DNA of 52,375 nt from Acidobacteriota bacterium (GTDB lineage: Bacteria > Acidobacteriota > Thermoanaerobaculia > Gp7-AA8): positions 1 through 52,375 of the forward strand of contig JBDTOZ010000386.1 in NCBI GenBank assembly GCA_039932995.1. The letters are read 5' to 3'. Positions 21,601 through 30,629 of the stretch are shown here, piece by piece (the first letter of the stretch is position 1; every line of letters begins with the position of its first letter). The translations under genes and the position numbers were made by a program. The notes under the pieces were generated by a model that was not told the origin of the DNA, made no database searches, and saw only the letters and a list, made by a program, of their open reading frames with translations.

Positions 21601-24600
21601 GTCGGCGATGTAGAACGGGGTCCCTGTGAGGTTGATGTACGGGTTGACCTCCTGCAGGTGAAGGTTCGCCGGAATCTGCTTGTGCTGGATGGCCAGCAGC
21701 GCCTTGAGCACGCCGGCGATGCCTGCGCCGGTCTCCAAGTGACCGATATTCGTCTTGACCGAGCTCAGTCCACAGTGCGGGATCTCCGCGGGACGTTTGT
21801 TGTGTCTCTTATACAGCTCCGCGAACGCCTTGCTCAATGCCTGGATCTCGATCGGATCCCCAAGACCGGTCCCGGTGCCGTGGCATTCGATGTACCCGAC
21901 CGTGGCCGGATCGACCTGGGCCTTCTCATACGCCTCGATGAGAAGGTCCATCTGCGCCACTGAATTGGGAGCGGTCATGGTGGTGACCCGGCCCCCATGA
22001 TTCTCCGCGGTGGCCTTGATCACCGCGTACACATGATCGCCATCCGCCTCGGCTTTCGACAGAGGCTTGAGGAACACCGCGCCGCAACCCTCTCCTCTCA
22101 CATAGCCGTTCGCGCCTTTGTCGAACGTCTTGCACTTCCCGTCTCCGCTCAACATTCCGGCCATGCCGAACGAGATGTAGGCGGCCGGGCTGAGCATGAC
22201 CTGAACGCCACCGACGATGGCCATCTCACAACTGCCGGAGTGAATCGACTCCAAGGCCCGGTGAAACGCCACCAGCGAGCTGGAGCACGCGGTATCGATC
22301 GGAGCGCTCGGCCCGCGCAGGTTCAGCAGGAATGAGACGCGGTTGGCGGTCACGGAGTGCGAGTTGCCGGAGGCCGTATAGCCGTCCAGCGCCACACCGC
22401 GGCTGCCGAGCAGACCGGCGTAGTCGGTGGTGCCGACGCCGAGGAAGAGGCCCGTTTTGGTGCCCGACAGATCCGACACCTTGTGGCCGGAGTCCTCAAT
22501 GGCTTTCCAGACATGCTCGAGGAAGATCCGCTGCTGCGGATCCATCATCTCCGCTTCTCTGGGCGAGATGCCGAAGAAGAGGGGATCGAACTTGTCGACC
22601 TCCCTCATGAACCCACCCCACTTCGAGTTCGACTTGTTCGCCTCCTTGAGAGGATCTCCGTAATACTCCTCCCAGTCCCAGCGGTCGGGAGGGATGACGG
22701 TGATCAAGTCCTTCGAGTTTCGGAGGTTCTCCCAGAATTCATGCAGGTCATCGGATTGCGGCATGACGCCACTCATCCCGACGATGGCGATCGGCTCCTG
22801 CACGAATCGGAGGTGGGGGGACAGGGATGCCGGCGCGACGGCCGCTTCCGTCTGTCGATTCAAAGCGGCTGGGTTCCAGCCCTTGTTGATGCCGACACTC
22901 GGCACGAGCTCCACCTGAGCGCCGGAGAGAGGAGCGACCGGCGGCCCGGAAGGCACAGCAGCGGCCGCGGACGCGGGCATGGAATCGCGATAGAAGGCCA
23001 GGAGCTCGGTCCGCCGCTCCACGGCCAGATGCTTTGCAATCTCACCGATCGACGGGTAGTCGAAGAACAGAATCGGCGTAATGTCCAAAAGGAAACGCTC
23101 GTTCACCGCATTGGCGAAGGTGGTCAAGCCGATGGAGTCGAAGCCGAGGTCCAGCAGAATCTTGTCCGCCGACAGATCGGCGGCCTCCAGCTTCAACAGC
23201 TCCATCACGATCTTCGCGAGATCGTTCTGGAATCGCAGAGGCAGCGCACCGTCCTCCGTCTCGGTCGTCGCGCTGGCGACGTCCGAATGCACGGGCGCGG
23301 CGGTCGTGGCCGGTGCCGGCGGCTTCTTGCCGCTCCACGCCAACTCCAGTTTTTCCTGGATGCCTTCCACGACCGCAAACTGCGATCGTTCGGAGGCGAG
23401 GCCCCGCACGAAGGCCTCGAGACCGGTGGCGGTGCTCAGGGGTTTCATCCCCATGGCTTTCCTGAGCAGCAGCTCGGTCTGTTCGTCCGGCTTCATCCCG
23501 CCGTCCGCCCAGAGAGCCCAGTTGAGACTCAGCGTTTTCCCTGAGCGCTCGCCTTTCGCACGAAGTCGCTCGCGGTCGGCGGCGAACGAGTCCATGAAAT
23601 GGTTGGCAAAGCTGTAATCACACTGGCCTACATTGCCCGTGATTGCCGCGAGCGAAGAAAATAGGACCAGGAAGTCCAACGCGCGGTCACGCGTCGCCTC
23701 GTCCAGATGCAGAGTGCCATGCACTTTGGACGCGAACACCGCCGCCATTTCCTCGGGGGTCTTATTCCGGACATACGAATCCCGGACCACACCCGCCGAG
23801 TGAATGATCCCGTGGATCTGCCCGAACCGCGCCTCGCCCTCGCGAAGGAGCTCCCGCACTTCCTGGCCGTCGGAGACATCGGTGATCCGATAGAGAACCT
23901 CGGCGCCGCGTCTCTCGATGTCGTCCACCCTGAGCTGCTGCAGGGAGGACAGCTTCGATCGCCCGGTGAGGATCAGTTTGGCCTTGTATTGCTTTCCGAG
24001 GAACTCCGCGAAGATCAACCCCAGCCCACCGGCCCCTCCGGTAATGAGGTAGGTGCCGCCCTCGCGCAACTCCGTTCGATCGGACGGTGCCAATTCTCTC
24101 TTCGCCTCGAGGTCGAACGCTTTCAGCTTTCTGACCGACCGCTCTCCGGCCTCGTAGCGCACGACGATCGCATCCTGCGACCGTCCCCGGAGCTCGGCCC
24201 AGAGAGCGTCAAAGATTTCTTCGTATCCGTCATTCGACCGCCGTACTTCCATGGTCTTGCAGACCAGCTTTGGATACTCGCCGCGAAGCGTCTTGACGAA
24301 ACCACCCATGGCCTCGTGGTGCGGTTGCACTTCGTCCTCTGCGGTGGCGTACAGGTAAACGAGCTGAGCTCGATTCTCGAGTTTGCACTGCACCATCGCC
24401 TGGCAGAGAAACAGGAACGACGAAACCCCTGCCTCCATCGACTCCCGCAGGCTGCCTTCCTCGCGGAAATGGGGATGGTGAACGGGCCAGGCAAAGCAGA
24501 TCTCCTCAACGGGGCAGGCTCTGTCGGCGAGGCGTTCCAGAACGCGCTTGAAATCATTCGCGGTCTGCGGGTTGATCTCGTACGTGCGTGCGTCCAGCTC

Positions 24601-27600
24601 CTGGAACTCAGAGCCCGGCCGTACCAGGACGACCTCTGCGTCGTCCGCTCCACTCGCCTTCAGCCTTGCCAGATAGAGCTCACGAAGGGTCTCGCCGGTG
24701 TCGAAGAGCAACAGCGTCTTCGCGGCGACGGCGCTCGATTCATTTGCAGGAAGTGGGGCTCTCTCCCAATCGTACCCGTAGGAGAGCCGTGCAAACTCCT
24801 CATCCGTGGCGGTTTCCTTCTTATGCACATCGCCGAGGGGAACGCCCGTGGATTCCCGAATTCTGGCCAGGACTTTCCCTGTGGGATCCAGAATGAGGAC
24901 GTTCGACTTGAGGACGCGGGAGGCCTTCTTCCCTTCCTTCGCCTCCGTCGTATGGCTATAACAGAGCTCCTGCAGCGGATGAAGAATCTCCACCTCGCCG
25001 ATCGAGTAGGGGACCATCATCTCCCCCACGTTCTCTCCGAGCCGTGCGGCCATGCCGGCCTGAAGCGATCCGTCAATGAGAGAGGGATGAAGGAGGAGAC
25101 TCTGCAACTCGCCCTGCCGGGCCTCTGGCAGCTTCAAGACGCCCAGCACCTCGCTGTCGCTCTTATAGATCTCTTGAAGCACCTGAAAACTCGGCCCGAG
25201 GTTCAGACCGACGGAGTTGAAGAGCGGATAGGCACTCCGGCCGTCCACTTCCTGCGAGCACCGCGCACGAATCGCGGCCAGATCGACGTACTCCGGCTCG
25301 GCAGCCGCTTCCTTCGCAGTCGTATAGAGAAGCTTTCCCTGCGAGTGCAGCGTCTTCTTGCCTTCCCATTCGCTGAAGACCTCGAACTGCACCGCCTCGC
25401 CATTGGGCTTGAGCTCGATGAAGACATCCTTCGGCAGGGAGTCCGAGATCGCGATGGGGCTGACCCAGAGAATGTTCTGAATTCTCCGCACGGGCCTGCC
25501 GGCCGCGATCTCCCCCGCTTTGCGCGCCAGCTCCAGGTAGGCCACACCCGGCAGCGTGGGAATGCCGGCCACGTGATGGTCATAGATGAAGAAGTCGCGA
25601 TCGTGAAATGTCTTCTTGAAGAGCTGCCGCTCGAAGGTGGACTCGTTGCTGTCGACCATCGGATGAAGGCCGGCCACTGTCGATGAGGTGCGTTGAACGG
25701 ACGCGGGAGCACCGATCCAATGACGCTTGCCGGCGAAGGGATAAGTGGGCAGCGGAATCGTCCTTCCGGCGGCCGTCATCGGAGAGCCCTGCCAGTCGGC
25801 CAGGAGGCCCTCTGCCCACAGTCCGGCGATCTTGAGCGGATCGCGACTCTGCGACAGCAACCGGATGAATTCCTGCTTTTCCTTGCGACTCAAGAGCCGG
25901 GTCACGCCTTCGGCCTGCTTCACGTGACCGACGAAACCGTCTTCGAACTTTCTCCCGTCGATGAAGGCCACCAGCTTTCCGACCAGCTCTTCCTGGGTGC
26001 TGGCGATCATCGCCAGGCGATGTTCAAACGACTTCCGGCCGTGCTGCAGCGTGTACGCGACATCGTCCAGATCGACACGGCGATCCGCGAGGAAGCGCGC
26101 CAGCCGAATGGCCGTCTCACGCAACTGATCTTCGGTTCTGGCCGAGAGGGGGAAGATCCGCTGGAGGGACTGGGCGGCCTCTTCGCTCACGGGCTGGGCC
26201 GGCTCGAAACTCTCCAGGATGATGTGTGCGTTCGCCCCTCCGGCCCCGAACGAGCTGATCCCGGCACGGAGCGGAAGCGCGACACCATCCACTTCTTTTG
26301 CCTTCCACTCCTCCAGCTTCTGCGGGACGTAGAAGGGAGAATGCTCGAAGTCGATGAACTCGTTCAGTTCGGAGGAATGGAGCGAGGGCGCGAGCTGACG
26401 GTGCTCCATCTGGAGCAGGACCTTGGCCACGCTCACGATTCCGGCGGCGGCTTCGAGATGCCCGATGTTGCTCTTGATCGAGCCGATCGCACAGCTCTGG
26501 TCCGCGACGTTGTCCTCGCTGAACGCGCGACTGACACCGGCGATCTCAATGGGGTCGCCCAGCTCCGTGCCCGTCCCGTGGGCCTCGACGTAGCCGATCG
26601 TGCCGGCCCCGATGTTGGCCTTCCGGAGTGCCGCCACAATGACGTTGCTCTGCGCCGCAGGGTTCGGAACAAAATAGCCACTGGTCCGTCCGCCATGGTT
26701 GACGACGGCGCTCTTGATCACTCCGTAGACATGATCGCGGTCCGCGAGCGCCTGTTGGAGCGGCTTGAGGAACAGCGCACCGACGCCTTCACCCGCCACA
26801 TAGCCGTTGGCGCCCTTACCGAAACTGCGACAGACTCCGTCCGCCGACAGGGCCCCGCCCACCTGATTGATGTTCAGTTTCGCCTGATGCAGATCCAGAT
26901 TCACACCGCCGACGAGGGCCGACGGACACTCCCCGGACCGGATGGACTCGCAGGCCAGATAGAGCGCCGTGAGACTGGAAGAGCAGGCGGTGTCGACCGT
27001 CAGACTGGGACCGGAGAGATTCATCCAGTACGAAACACGGTTGGCAATGCTCCAGAGAAACGAGTTGGGCGCAAAGTGATTGCCGGCATGTCGTTGTTCC
27101 ACACCGACGATCTGATACATGGACCACACGGCGCCGACATACACGCCAATGTTTCGCAGAGCCCCTTCCTCGGCCAGGATCTCAGGGTAATAGCCCGCGT
27201 CCTCGATCGCCTCCCACGCCACTTCGAGAAAGAGCCTCTCCTGAGGGTCGAGCATCTCCGCCTCTCTGGGAGAGATGTTGAAGAACAGCGAATCGAATTT
27301 GTCGACGTCGTCGATGAAGCCGCCGCGATACCGTTCCGCATTCCCATGCTGCCGGCGCTGCTCGTGCCGCTCCGCCGGGAGGTCTTCAATGCAATCCCGG
27401 CCCGCGGCCAGGTTTTGCCAGAGCTCCCCGGGATTCTTCGCCTTCGGATAGCGGCCGGACATGCCCACAATGGCGATGTCTTGCACACCACCCCACGGTT
27501 TCACGCGCGTGGCCGTAGGGAACGAGTCTTCGGACGTCTCCTTCTCCTCACCCTTCGACGTCGATTCTGCTGAAGACCGCTGAGCGGAGGGAGCGCCGGC

Positions 27601-30528
27601 CATGAATGGCTGCATGGCGGAAGCGGGCGCGGCAATCGCCGCGTCGTTCTCGGTCACGTTGTGCATCTCGAGCAGCCGGTAGCGGGCGAGTCCGAGTCCC
27701 GAGGCGGATGCACTACGGCCATCCACGCCAAGCTCGGGAATGTTGGCCTTCTCCTCGAAGGCCTGCACGAGCCGCTCGATCACTCGTTCCATCTGATGGC
27801 GCGGCAACCCCACAGGGATGGCCAGTCGGACCAGATCGTTCAGCGACGTGCGCTTCTGCATTCCCACACTGTGGGCGCCCGCGCGGATGCCCGTGCTGCG
27901 ATACAGCCAGGCCACAAACGACGCCACTGGTTCCTTCAGCCGCATGAACTCCGGGATCTGCTTGACGTCGATCAGGACGCAATGCCCGCCGGCGGGACTG
28001 GCGAGGGGAAGGCCATGCTCGGTTGCGGCCTGCCAAAGGAGCCGGACGTTCTCCATCCTCTCCGTCACGCTGGCCTCGATGTGCTTGCGATTCCGAAGAG
28101 CCAGGGCGATCAGCTTCTCGTCGACGAGATCGACGCCGGAGCCCTCTTCGTGCACGACCTCCTGCAGTCTCTTGTGGAGCTTGGCGTCGTTGATGGCGAT
28201 GATCCCGCCCTTGTCGACACAGAAGTCCTTGGTCAGGCTTCCGATGACCATGTCCGCGAGGCTGAGCGTTTCACGAACGACCGCCCACACACTCCTGCCG
28301 GCATGTTCCCGCTGGCGCTCAATGAGCTGCCGGGCATTCTCCACGACGCGGGTGGCGTCCATGACGAGGGGAATCGAATGCGGCGCCAGGACAGCCCTCA
28401 CCTCCGCCAGATGCTGGAGAGAAACGGGATAGCCGCCGGCAGCGTTGTTCCCCACCTCGATGCAGACGCAGGCAATGGCGCCATGATCCTCCGCCACCAG
28501 CGCCTTCAGTGCGTCGACTTCCAGATTTCCTCGGAAGAGTTCCTCCGAGCCGAGGTGAAAGACCTCGCCATGAGGGATTTCTCGCGGCTCAAACCCCTGG
28601 TCGAGCTGATGAAGGATGGTGCTCGGGAACAGGAGATTCTGGGGCACGAGCCCCTTCTTTCCCCAGGCCTTGAAGAAGAGGCGCTCCGCCGCCTGACCGG
28701 AAGCGGTCAAGACGAAGTGAGAGAACGGAAAGATCGCTCCGAGTGCGTCTTCCATGCGCACCGGCTGCTGCAGTCGTGCCTGCAGCTCACTCATCTGTGT
28801 CTCGATGGCCGGCAACGTCAGTTGCGCCCAGGAGTCGGTCTTCAAGTCGAAGTCGACGTGCTCCTGAGGAATGGCGAGGGGATTGAAGCCATACGCCGCC
28901 AGCAGTTCCGCTCGGTCCTTCCCGCCGTCCGAGAACCGGTCGAGGCCGACCGCCGCGAAGCGAGGCGTTGCCGAACGAGGTGCGTCCTCTACATCGCTGG
29001 TCGAGGTCTCCCTTTGCGCGGCGACGCCAAAATTGTGATTCTCGGCGTCGGACGTCTGCATCTTGTCCGGATCGGCGATCATCATGATGATGTCGATGGC
29101 ACTGTCCGGATTGCCGCTGCCTTCGGGCCGGCAGAGATAAATGGGTGTGTTCTCGGGCCGGAACTTGTTCTTGAACTGGAGATTGCCTTCGTCATTGAAG
29201 ATGTTCTGAGCGCGCAAATCATCGAGGAGCTTGTCGATGGCCGGGTCAGCGTTGGGCGATGCTTCCAGTTTGCAACCATAGGTGCCGCCGAGACTGAGCA
29301 CGTCACGGCCTTCCTTGACGAGCACGTCGATGATCTGCACGATCGCGAATTCCAACCCGCCCAGCGGCATGTCCGGCGGATAGAACTCCATGTCCATCAA
29401 GTAGCCGTTCTCCGCCGCAGACATGGCCGTGATGATGATGACGTTCTGAAGGGTTCCGTCGAGGAACGTGAGGAAGAGCCGATGTTCGCTCGGCAGTGTG
29501 CCGGCCAGAATCTCGCCCTTGACCTCATGGACCAGCGGGTTGACCATCGCCCGCGCTTCGCACCAACGGTCGATCACTCCCGCGATCTTCCCATCCATGG
29601 TTTGATCGGTCCCGCAACGGTACTCTTCGGTCCGGCATGCCCCCGACTTCTGAAACTTGCTCACCTGATAACGCAGCCGGCGCATCGGCCCGCCGTCGAG
29701 CGTGAACTCGCGGAGATTCCCGATGCGTTGCATCGCGCCGAAGGGCGTCGCCGTGAGCCGGATCGAGCCGATTGAAGGGCTGTCTCCTCCGCCCATGATG
29801 CTGATCTCGAATCCGCGGGCTTCGCAATAACGGGCCATCTCCTCCAGAAGTTGCGGGAGATGATCCTTTGGACCCGTATACCCGTACACGAGGATCAGCT
29901 TCTTGCTGCGCCCGTAGTGAAAATATCCGCGGCGCTCGCGGCCAATGAACAAATTCGGCGCAATCTTGCGGGTTCCCCGCGAGACCGACCCCTCAGCCTT
30001 ATGGAGTTCAAACAATGTCCGCACGAGCTCCCCGAGTTGGGGATGGACGATTGCGTCCTTCTCGAGAATGCGGATGGCCTCCGCCTGCTCTTCGCGGGGC
30101 TGCGGTTTGCTCGCTGCGGGAACGGCCACCTTCACGGAAGAGGTCACGAGCTTCGGGGCGCTGCTCTCGCGAACGCCATGTGTGGGCACGGCCTGCAGTT
30201 GACCGTTGAATCTCCCGACGAGCGTCTTCTCGTGCTTGGCTACGAAGTATTTAGCCAGATCATTGATATTGAAATTCTCGAAGAGCAGGCTCTTCGGCAA
30301 CGTGCCAAAGTCGGTCTCCAGTCGCCGGATGATCTTCAATACGTAAAAGGAATCGAGACCCAGCTCGGCGAATTGGGCCAGCGAGTCGAAATCGGCGCTC
30401 AGAGATCCGGAGACCTCGGCGATCAGCGATTTCAGGTAGGACTCAGTCAAGTCACGCAACAAGTCCTGGTCGATCATGGTGGTCTGGCGCGGTGAGGGTG
30501 TCAGCGAGCTATGGTTGGGCGGTAACAT
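15682..30528 (-). CDS. Trans-AT type I PKS: ACP-DUF2156(LPG synthase C-like)-PLP beta-eliminating lyase-KS-DH-KR-ACP-KS-DH-KR-ACP-KS-ACP
   Basis: 4948 aa (alternative start 30477). Three KS with TACSS/HGTGT/NIGH. No integrated AT. DH motifs DHHVAGIPTLP and DHRVKTEPVLP with LIDG/LLDG. KR motifs ITGGAGGLG...GQCDYSFAN and VVGGAGGVG...GQSNYAAG. ACP motifs LGLDSF, LGFDSI, YGLDSI, LGLPSL. Confidence 0.95.
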   Translation of the reverse strand: MLPPNHSSLTPSPRQTTMIDQDLLRDLTESYLKSLIAEVSGSLSADFDSLAQFAELGLDSFYVLKIIRRLETDFGTLPKSLLFENFNINDLAKYFVAKHEKTLVGRFNGQLQAVPTHGVRESSAPKLVTSSVKVAVPAASKPQPREEQAEAIRILEKDAIVHPQLGELVRTLFELHKAEGSVSRGTRKIAPNLFIGRERRGYFHYGRSKKLILVYGYTGPKDHLPQLLEEMARYCEARGFEISIMGGGDSPSIGSIRLTATPFGAMQRIGNLREFTLDGGPMRRLRYQVSKFQKSGACRTEEYRCGTDQTMDGKIAGVIDRWCEARAMVNPLVHEVKGEILAGTLPSEHRLFLTFLDGTLQNVIIITAMSAAENGYLMDMEFYPPDMPLGGLEFAIVQIIDVLVKEGRDVLSLGGTYGCKLEASPNADPAIDKLLDDLRAQNIFNDEGNLQFKNKFRPENTPIYLCRPEGSGNPDSAIDIIMMIADPDKMQTSDAENHNFGVAAQRETSTSDVEDAPRSATPRFAAVGLDRFSDGGKDRAELLAAYGFNPLAIPQEHVDFDLKTDSWAQLTLPAIETQMSELQARLQQPVRMEDALGAIFPFSHFVLTASGQAAERLFFKAWGKKGLVPQNLLFPSTILHQLDQGFEPREIPHGEVFHLGSEELFRGNLEVDALKALVAEDHGAIACVCIEVGNNAAGGYPVSLQHLAEVRAVLAPHSIPLVMDATRVVENARQLIERQREHAGRSVWAVVRETLSLADMVIGSLTKDFCVDKGGIIAINDAKLHKRLQEVVHEEGSGVDLVDEKLIALALRNRKHIEASVTERMENVRLLWQAATEHGLPLASPAGGHCVLIDVKQIPEFMRLKEPVASFVAWLYRSTGIRAGAHSVGMQKRTSLNDLVRLAIPVGLPRHQMERVIERLVQAFEEKANIPELGVDGRSASASGLGLARYRLLEMHNVTENDAAIAAPASAMQPFMAGAPSAQRSSAESTSKGEEKETSEDSFPTATRVKPWGGVQDIAIVGMSGRYPKAKNPGELWQNLAAGRDCIEDLPAERHEQRRQHGNAERYRGGFIDDVDKFDSLFFNISPREAEMLDPQERLFLEVAWEAIEDAGYYPEILAEEGALRNIGVYVGAVWSMYQIVGVEQRHAGNHFAPNSFLWSIANRVSYWMNLSGPSLTVDTACSSSLTALYLACESIRSGECPSALVGGVNLDLHQAKLNINQVGGALSADGVCRSFGKGANGYVAGEGVGALFLKPLQQALADRDHVYGVIKSAVVNHGGRTSGYFVPNPAAQSNVIVAALRKANIGAGTIGYVEAHGTGTELGDPIEIAGVSRAFSEDNVADQSCAIGSIKSNIGHLEAAAGIVSVAKVLLQMEHRQLAPSLHSSELNEFIDFEHSPFYVPQKLEEWKAKEVDGVALPLRAGISSFGAGGANAHIILESFEPAQPVSEEAAQSLQRIFPLSARTEDQLRETAIRLARFLADRRVDLDDVAYTLQHGRKSFEHRLAMIASTQEELVGKLVAFIDGRKFEDGFVGHVKQAEGVTRLLSRKEKQEFIRLLSQSRDPLKIAGLWAEGLLADWQGSPMTAAGRTIPLPTYPFAGKRHWIGAPASVQRTSSTVAGLHPMVDSNESTFERQLFKKTFHDRDFFIYDHHVAGIPTLPGVAYLELARKAGEIAAGRPVRRIQNILWVSPIAISDSLPKDVFIELKPNGEAVQFEVFSEWEGKKTLHSQGKLLYTTAKEAAAEPEYVDLAAIRARCSQEVDGRSAYPLFNSVGLNLGPSFQVLQEIYKSDSEVLGVLKLPEARQGELQSLLLHPSLIDGSLQAGMAARLGENVGEMMVPYSIGEVEILHPLQELCYSHTTEAKEGKKASRVLKSNVLILDPTGKVLARIRESTGVPLGDVHKKETATDEEFARLSYGYDWERAPLPANESSAVAAKTLLLFDTGETLRELYLARLKASGADDAEVVLVRPGSEFQELDARTYEINPQTANDFKRVLERLADRACPVEEICFAWPVHHPHFREEGSLRESMEAGVSSFLFLCQAMVQCKLENRAQLVYLYATAEDEVQPHHEAMGGFVKTLRGEYPKLVCKTMEVRRSNDGYEEIFDALWAELRGRSQDAIVVRYEAGERSVRKLKAFDLEAKRELAPSDRTELREGGTYLITGGAGGLGLIFAEFLGKQYKAKLILTGRSKLSSLQQLRVDDIERRGAEVLYRITDVSDGQEVRELLREGEARFGQIHGIIHSAGVVRDSYVRNKTPEEMAAVFASKVHGTLHLDEATRDRALDFLVLFSSLAAITGNVGQCDYSFANHFMDSFAADRERLRAKGERSGKTLSLNWALWADGGMKPDEQTELLLRKAMGMKPLSTATGLEAFVRGLASERSQFAVVEGIQEKLELAWSGKKPPAPATTAAPVHSDVASATTETEDGALPLRFQNDLAKIVMELLKLEAADLSADKILLDLGFDSIGLTTFANAVNERFLLDITPILFFDYPSIGEIAKHLAVERRTELLAFYRDSMPASAAAAVPSGPPVAPLSGAQVELVPSVGINKGWNPAALNRQTEAAVAPASLSPHLRFVQEPIAIVGMSGVMPQSDDLHEFWENLRNSKDLITVIPPDRWDWEEYYGDPLKEANKSNSKWGGFMREVDKFDPLFFGISPREAEMMDPQQRIFLEHVWKAIEDSGHKVSDLSGTKTGLFLGVGTTDYAGLLGSRGVALDGYTASGNSHSVTANRVSFLLNLRGPSAPIDTACSSSLVAFHRALESIHSGSCEMAIVGGVQVMLSPAAYISFGMAGMLSGDGKCKTFDKGANGYVRGEGCGAVFLKPLSKAEADGDHVYAVIKATAENHGGRVTTMTAPNSVAQMDLLIEAYEKAQVDPATVGYIECHGTGTGLGDPIEIQALSKAFAELYKRHNKRPAEIPHCGLSSVKTNIGHLETGAGIAGVLKALLAIQHKQIPANLHLQEVNPYINLTGTPFYIADRLTEWKAPVSEDGSLAPRRAGVSSFGFGGANAHVVLEEYIPASRPAAVVANELQLIVLSAKNEERLRAYVRSLSEYLERGSVELADLAYTLQVGRDEMQARAAWLVSSLEELKQKLSAIVVSEEWPRDGYRNGREVRSAVQGTDAEKTAFVQDLISRRDLAGLAESWVAGTKIDWRLLHQAGARRRLSAPTYPFARERYWIPAGAETQSETRRPQSAATEVRLHPLIHRNVSTLIEQKFTSRFTGAEFFLADHRVKTEPVLPAVAYIEMAAAAGELAGERKVRFLSNMVWLSPITVGKSGQDVEVSLLPARNGVEFAVKSGEGESAVTHCRGQLAYLGTLSPPNALNLAEIRERCATEMIDGADWYRFLSTSELNLGPGFQVVQRVDAGESECLAVLHLPEHLQEDAGHYWLHPSLLDGALHTAIGFVKRRSGDDRPWSVPYSAAEIQVFRSLQGARYAHASWDPVEVNKAGSAVRMQLHLLDAAGEILLRVRDFVAKPLPARRIQERAVPGSSDTPSLAANATLHSLRSTWSPAADVNGDTLPMSSRIVLLDSRGAALEWVRQSYPNARPCDVAQMASEALDGDMLSHDSFDQLLWIAPDLDPMTGHGVEGSEPILALQEEGILQVFRIVKTLLDRGHGNKKLQWTLLTGRTQRVTAEDTIEPAHAGIVGLVGSLAKEYPHWDVRVLDLDSLQAVTASGCLSQPWDELGNVRAHRQGQWFQQGLELLPAPKEGTSLYRKGGVYVVVGGAGGVGEVWSRFMIEHYGANLIWIGRRECDASIEDKIKELGLLGPAPLYIAADATDHAALERARVTILEKHPAIHGVVHSAIVLRDQSLLRMDEESFRAGLTAKVDVSVQIDRVFGGDALDFMLFFSSIISFFRSPGQSNYAAGCAFKDSFAQRLQQERAYPVKIMNWGYWGTVGVAADPSHHKIMARLGMGLITPDEGMAALQGFMRSDVEQMTLIKTLNAEAPVGASLTEAITRHLSRQISAAAPASPAVEIKNTAPAVTRDSARDAGFSAQRTVQMGSSQIQQVIVTQLSRALRLDAGMIRGDAPLADYGLDSIIGVNFVRTLNEVLLIELDPTKLFEYSTVDQLTQYITTLSPGMTESQPSATTPVEVRTPSGDASPNRIPVSGARRFLRVDEVGEKDQTRVEGQSGSAREVRAERIAIIGMSGRFAQSETLEEFWQHLAQGSNLVREVSRWSAADCSASGSNGHAYCSQASSIDTFDRFDPGFFGIPAREALYMDPQQRLFLEESWKALEDAGYAGKGVQEKQCGVYVGCGTSNYSDLFGDDPPAQAWWGNSHSIVPSRIAYHLDLQGPAVAVDTACSSGLVAVHLACQGLWCGETEMALAGGVYVQATSGFHQVGNRAGMLSPDGKCYSFDARANGFVPGEAVGVVVLKRLSDAQRDGDHIYGVIAGSGVNQDGRSNGLTAPNGRAQERLERSVYERFTIDPGTIQMFEAHGTGTLLGDSIEHGAMTRAFRAYTERQQFCALGSVKTNIGHAGNAAGIASLLKLLLSLKHGQIPPSLHFQSPSPGIDLGSGPFYVNTELKDWPQGEDRARRGAVSSFGFGGTNAHLVIEEAPSQTRAGVDVPASLLLLSARSGEQLREHARNLLEHLRGTPDLALSDVSFTLFVGRMHLSHRLACVTGSLPEAVEALERWLETGEARQVHTGEVPEGGVREQPALRKFGNYCVDECRSATDDAAYVESLDALAGLFVQGYSIDLQALFSTESKRVPLPTYPFARERYWVTGAPARPEFGARPLALQGIDFDREVAATTEEVQPRWLFSKEIAAGSAVVSRNGSMGAAEKMELFLKQATAVQLQVPIESVPLDRSYFDLGLPSLSIAHLIRNLNQLLEEELSPSALFDYTDIKSLATYLAKTYPAKIDVLHVIRIAGEASPLEQSRPLHPAKPAPLRPKDDVLADKEVRSPEHADVSAAQAGMDRDQVLERVLWQADVTPDDGYEIVTF
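27700..30080 (-). other. DUF2156-like + tryptophanase-family PLP lyase didomain (leinamycin DUF-SH-like) inside the PKS loading module
   Basis: First domain has MprF C-terminal-like motifs (FTLDGGPMRRLRYQVSK, YLMDMEFY, GGLEFAI, VLSLGGT, GNLQFKNKFRP). Second has tryptophanase-like motifs (DLKTDSW, GQAAE, NNAAGGYPVS, MDATRVVENA, SLTKDFCVDKGG with putative PLP Lys, GGHCVLID, LVRLAIP). Boundaries approximate. Confidence 0.8.
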
Positions 30529-30629
30529 TTGTCACTTATTGAGGTGTGCAATTACGCGGGTCGGCGGGCGAAGATGGTGCAGTCGAATGAGGGGGGACGT
30601 CGAGGAGAGGACGCCGGAGCTCTCGCTTC

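Noticed and set aside
209-29775. Many long plus-strand ORFs (e.g. 209..1768, 23707..25686, 25693..27573, 27661..29775)
   Set aside because: Antisense shadows of high-GC NRPS/PKS codons; they have no recognisable motifs and fully overlap well-supported genes.
15682-30528. Assigning the cluster as a romidepsin/largazole or leinamycin BGC
   Set aside because: The second DH looks intact (diene, not 3-hydroxy), no Cys or heterocyclization modules are visible, and the DUF-SH position and module count differ from leinamycin.
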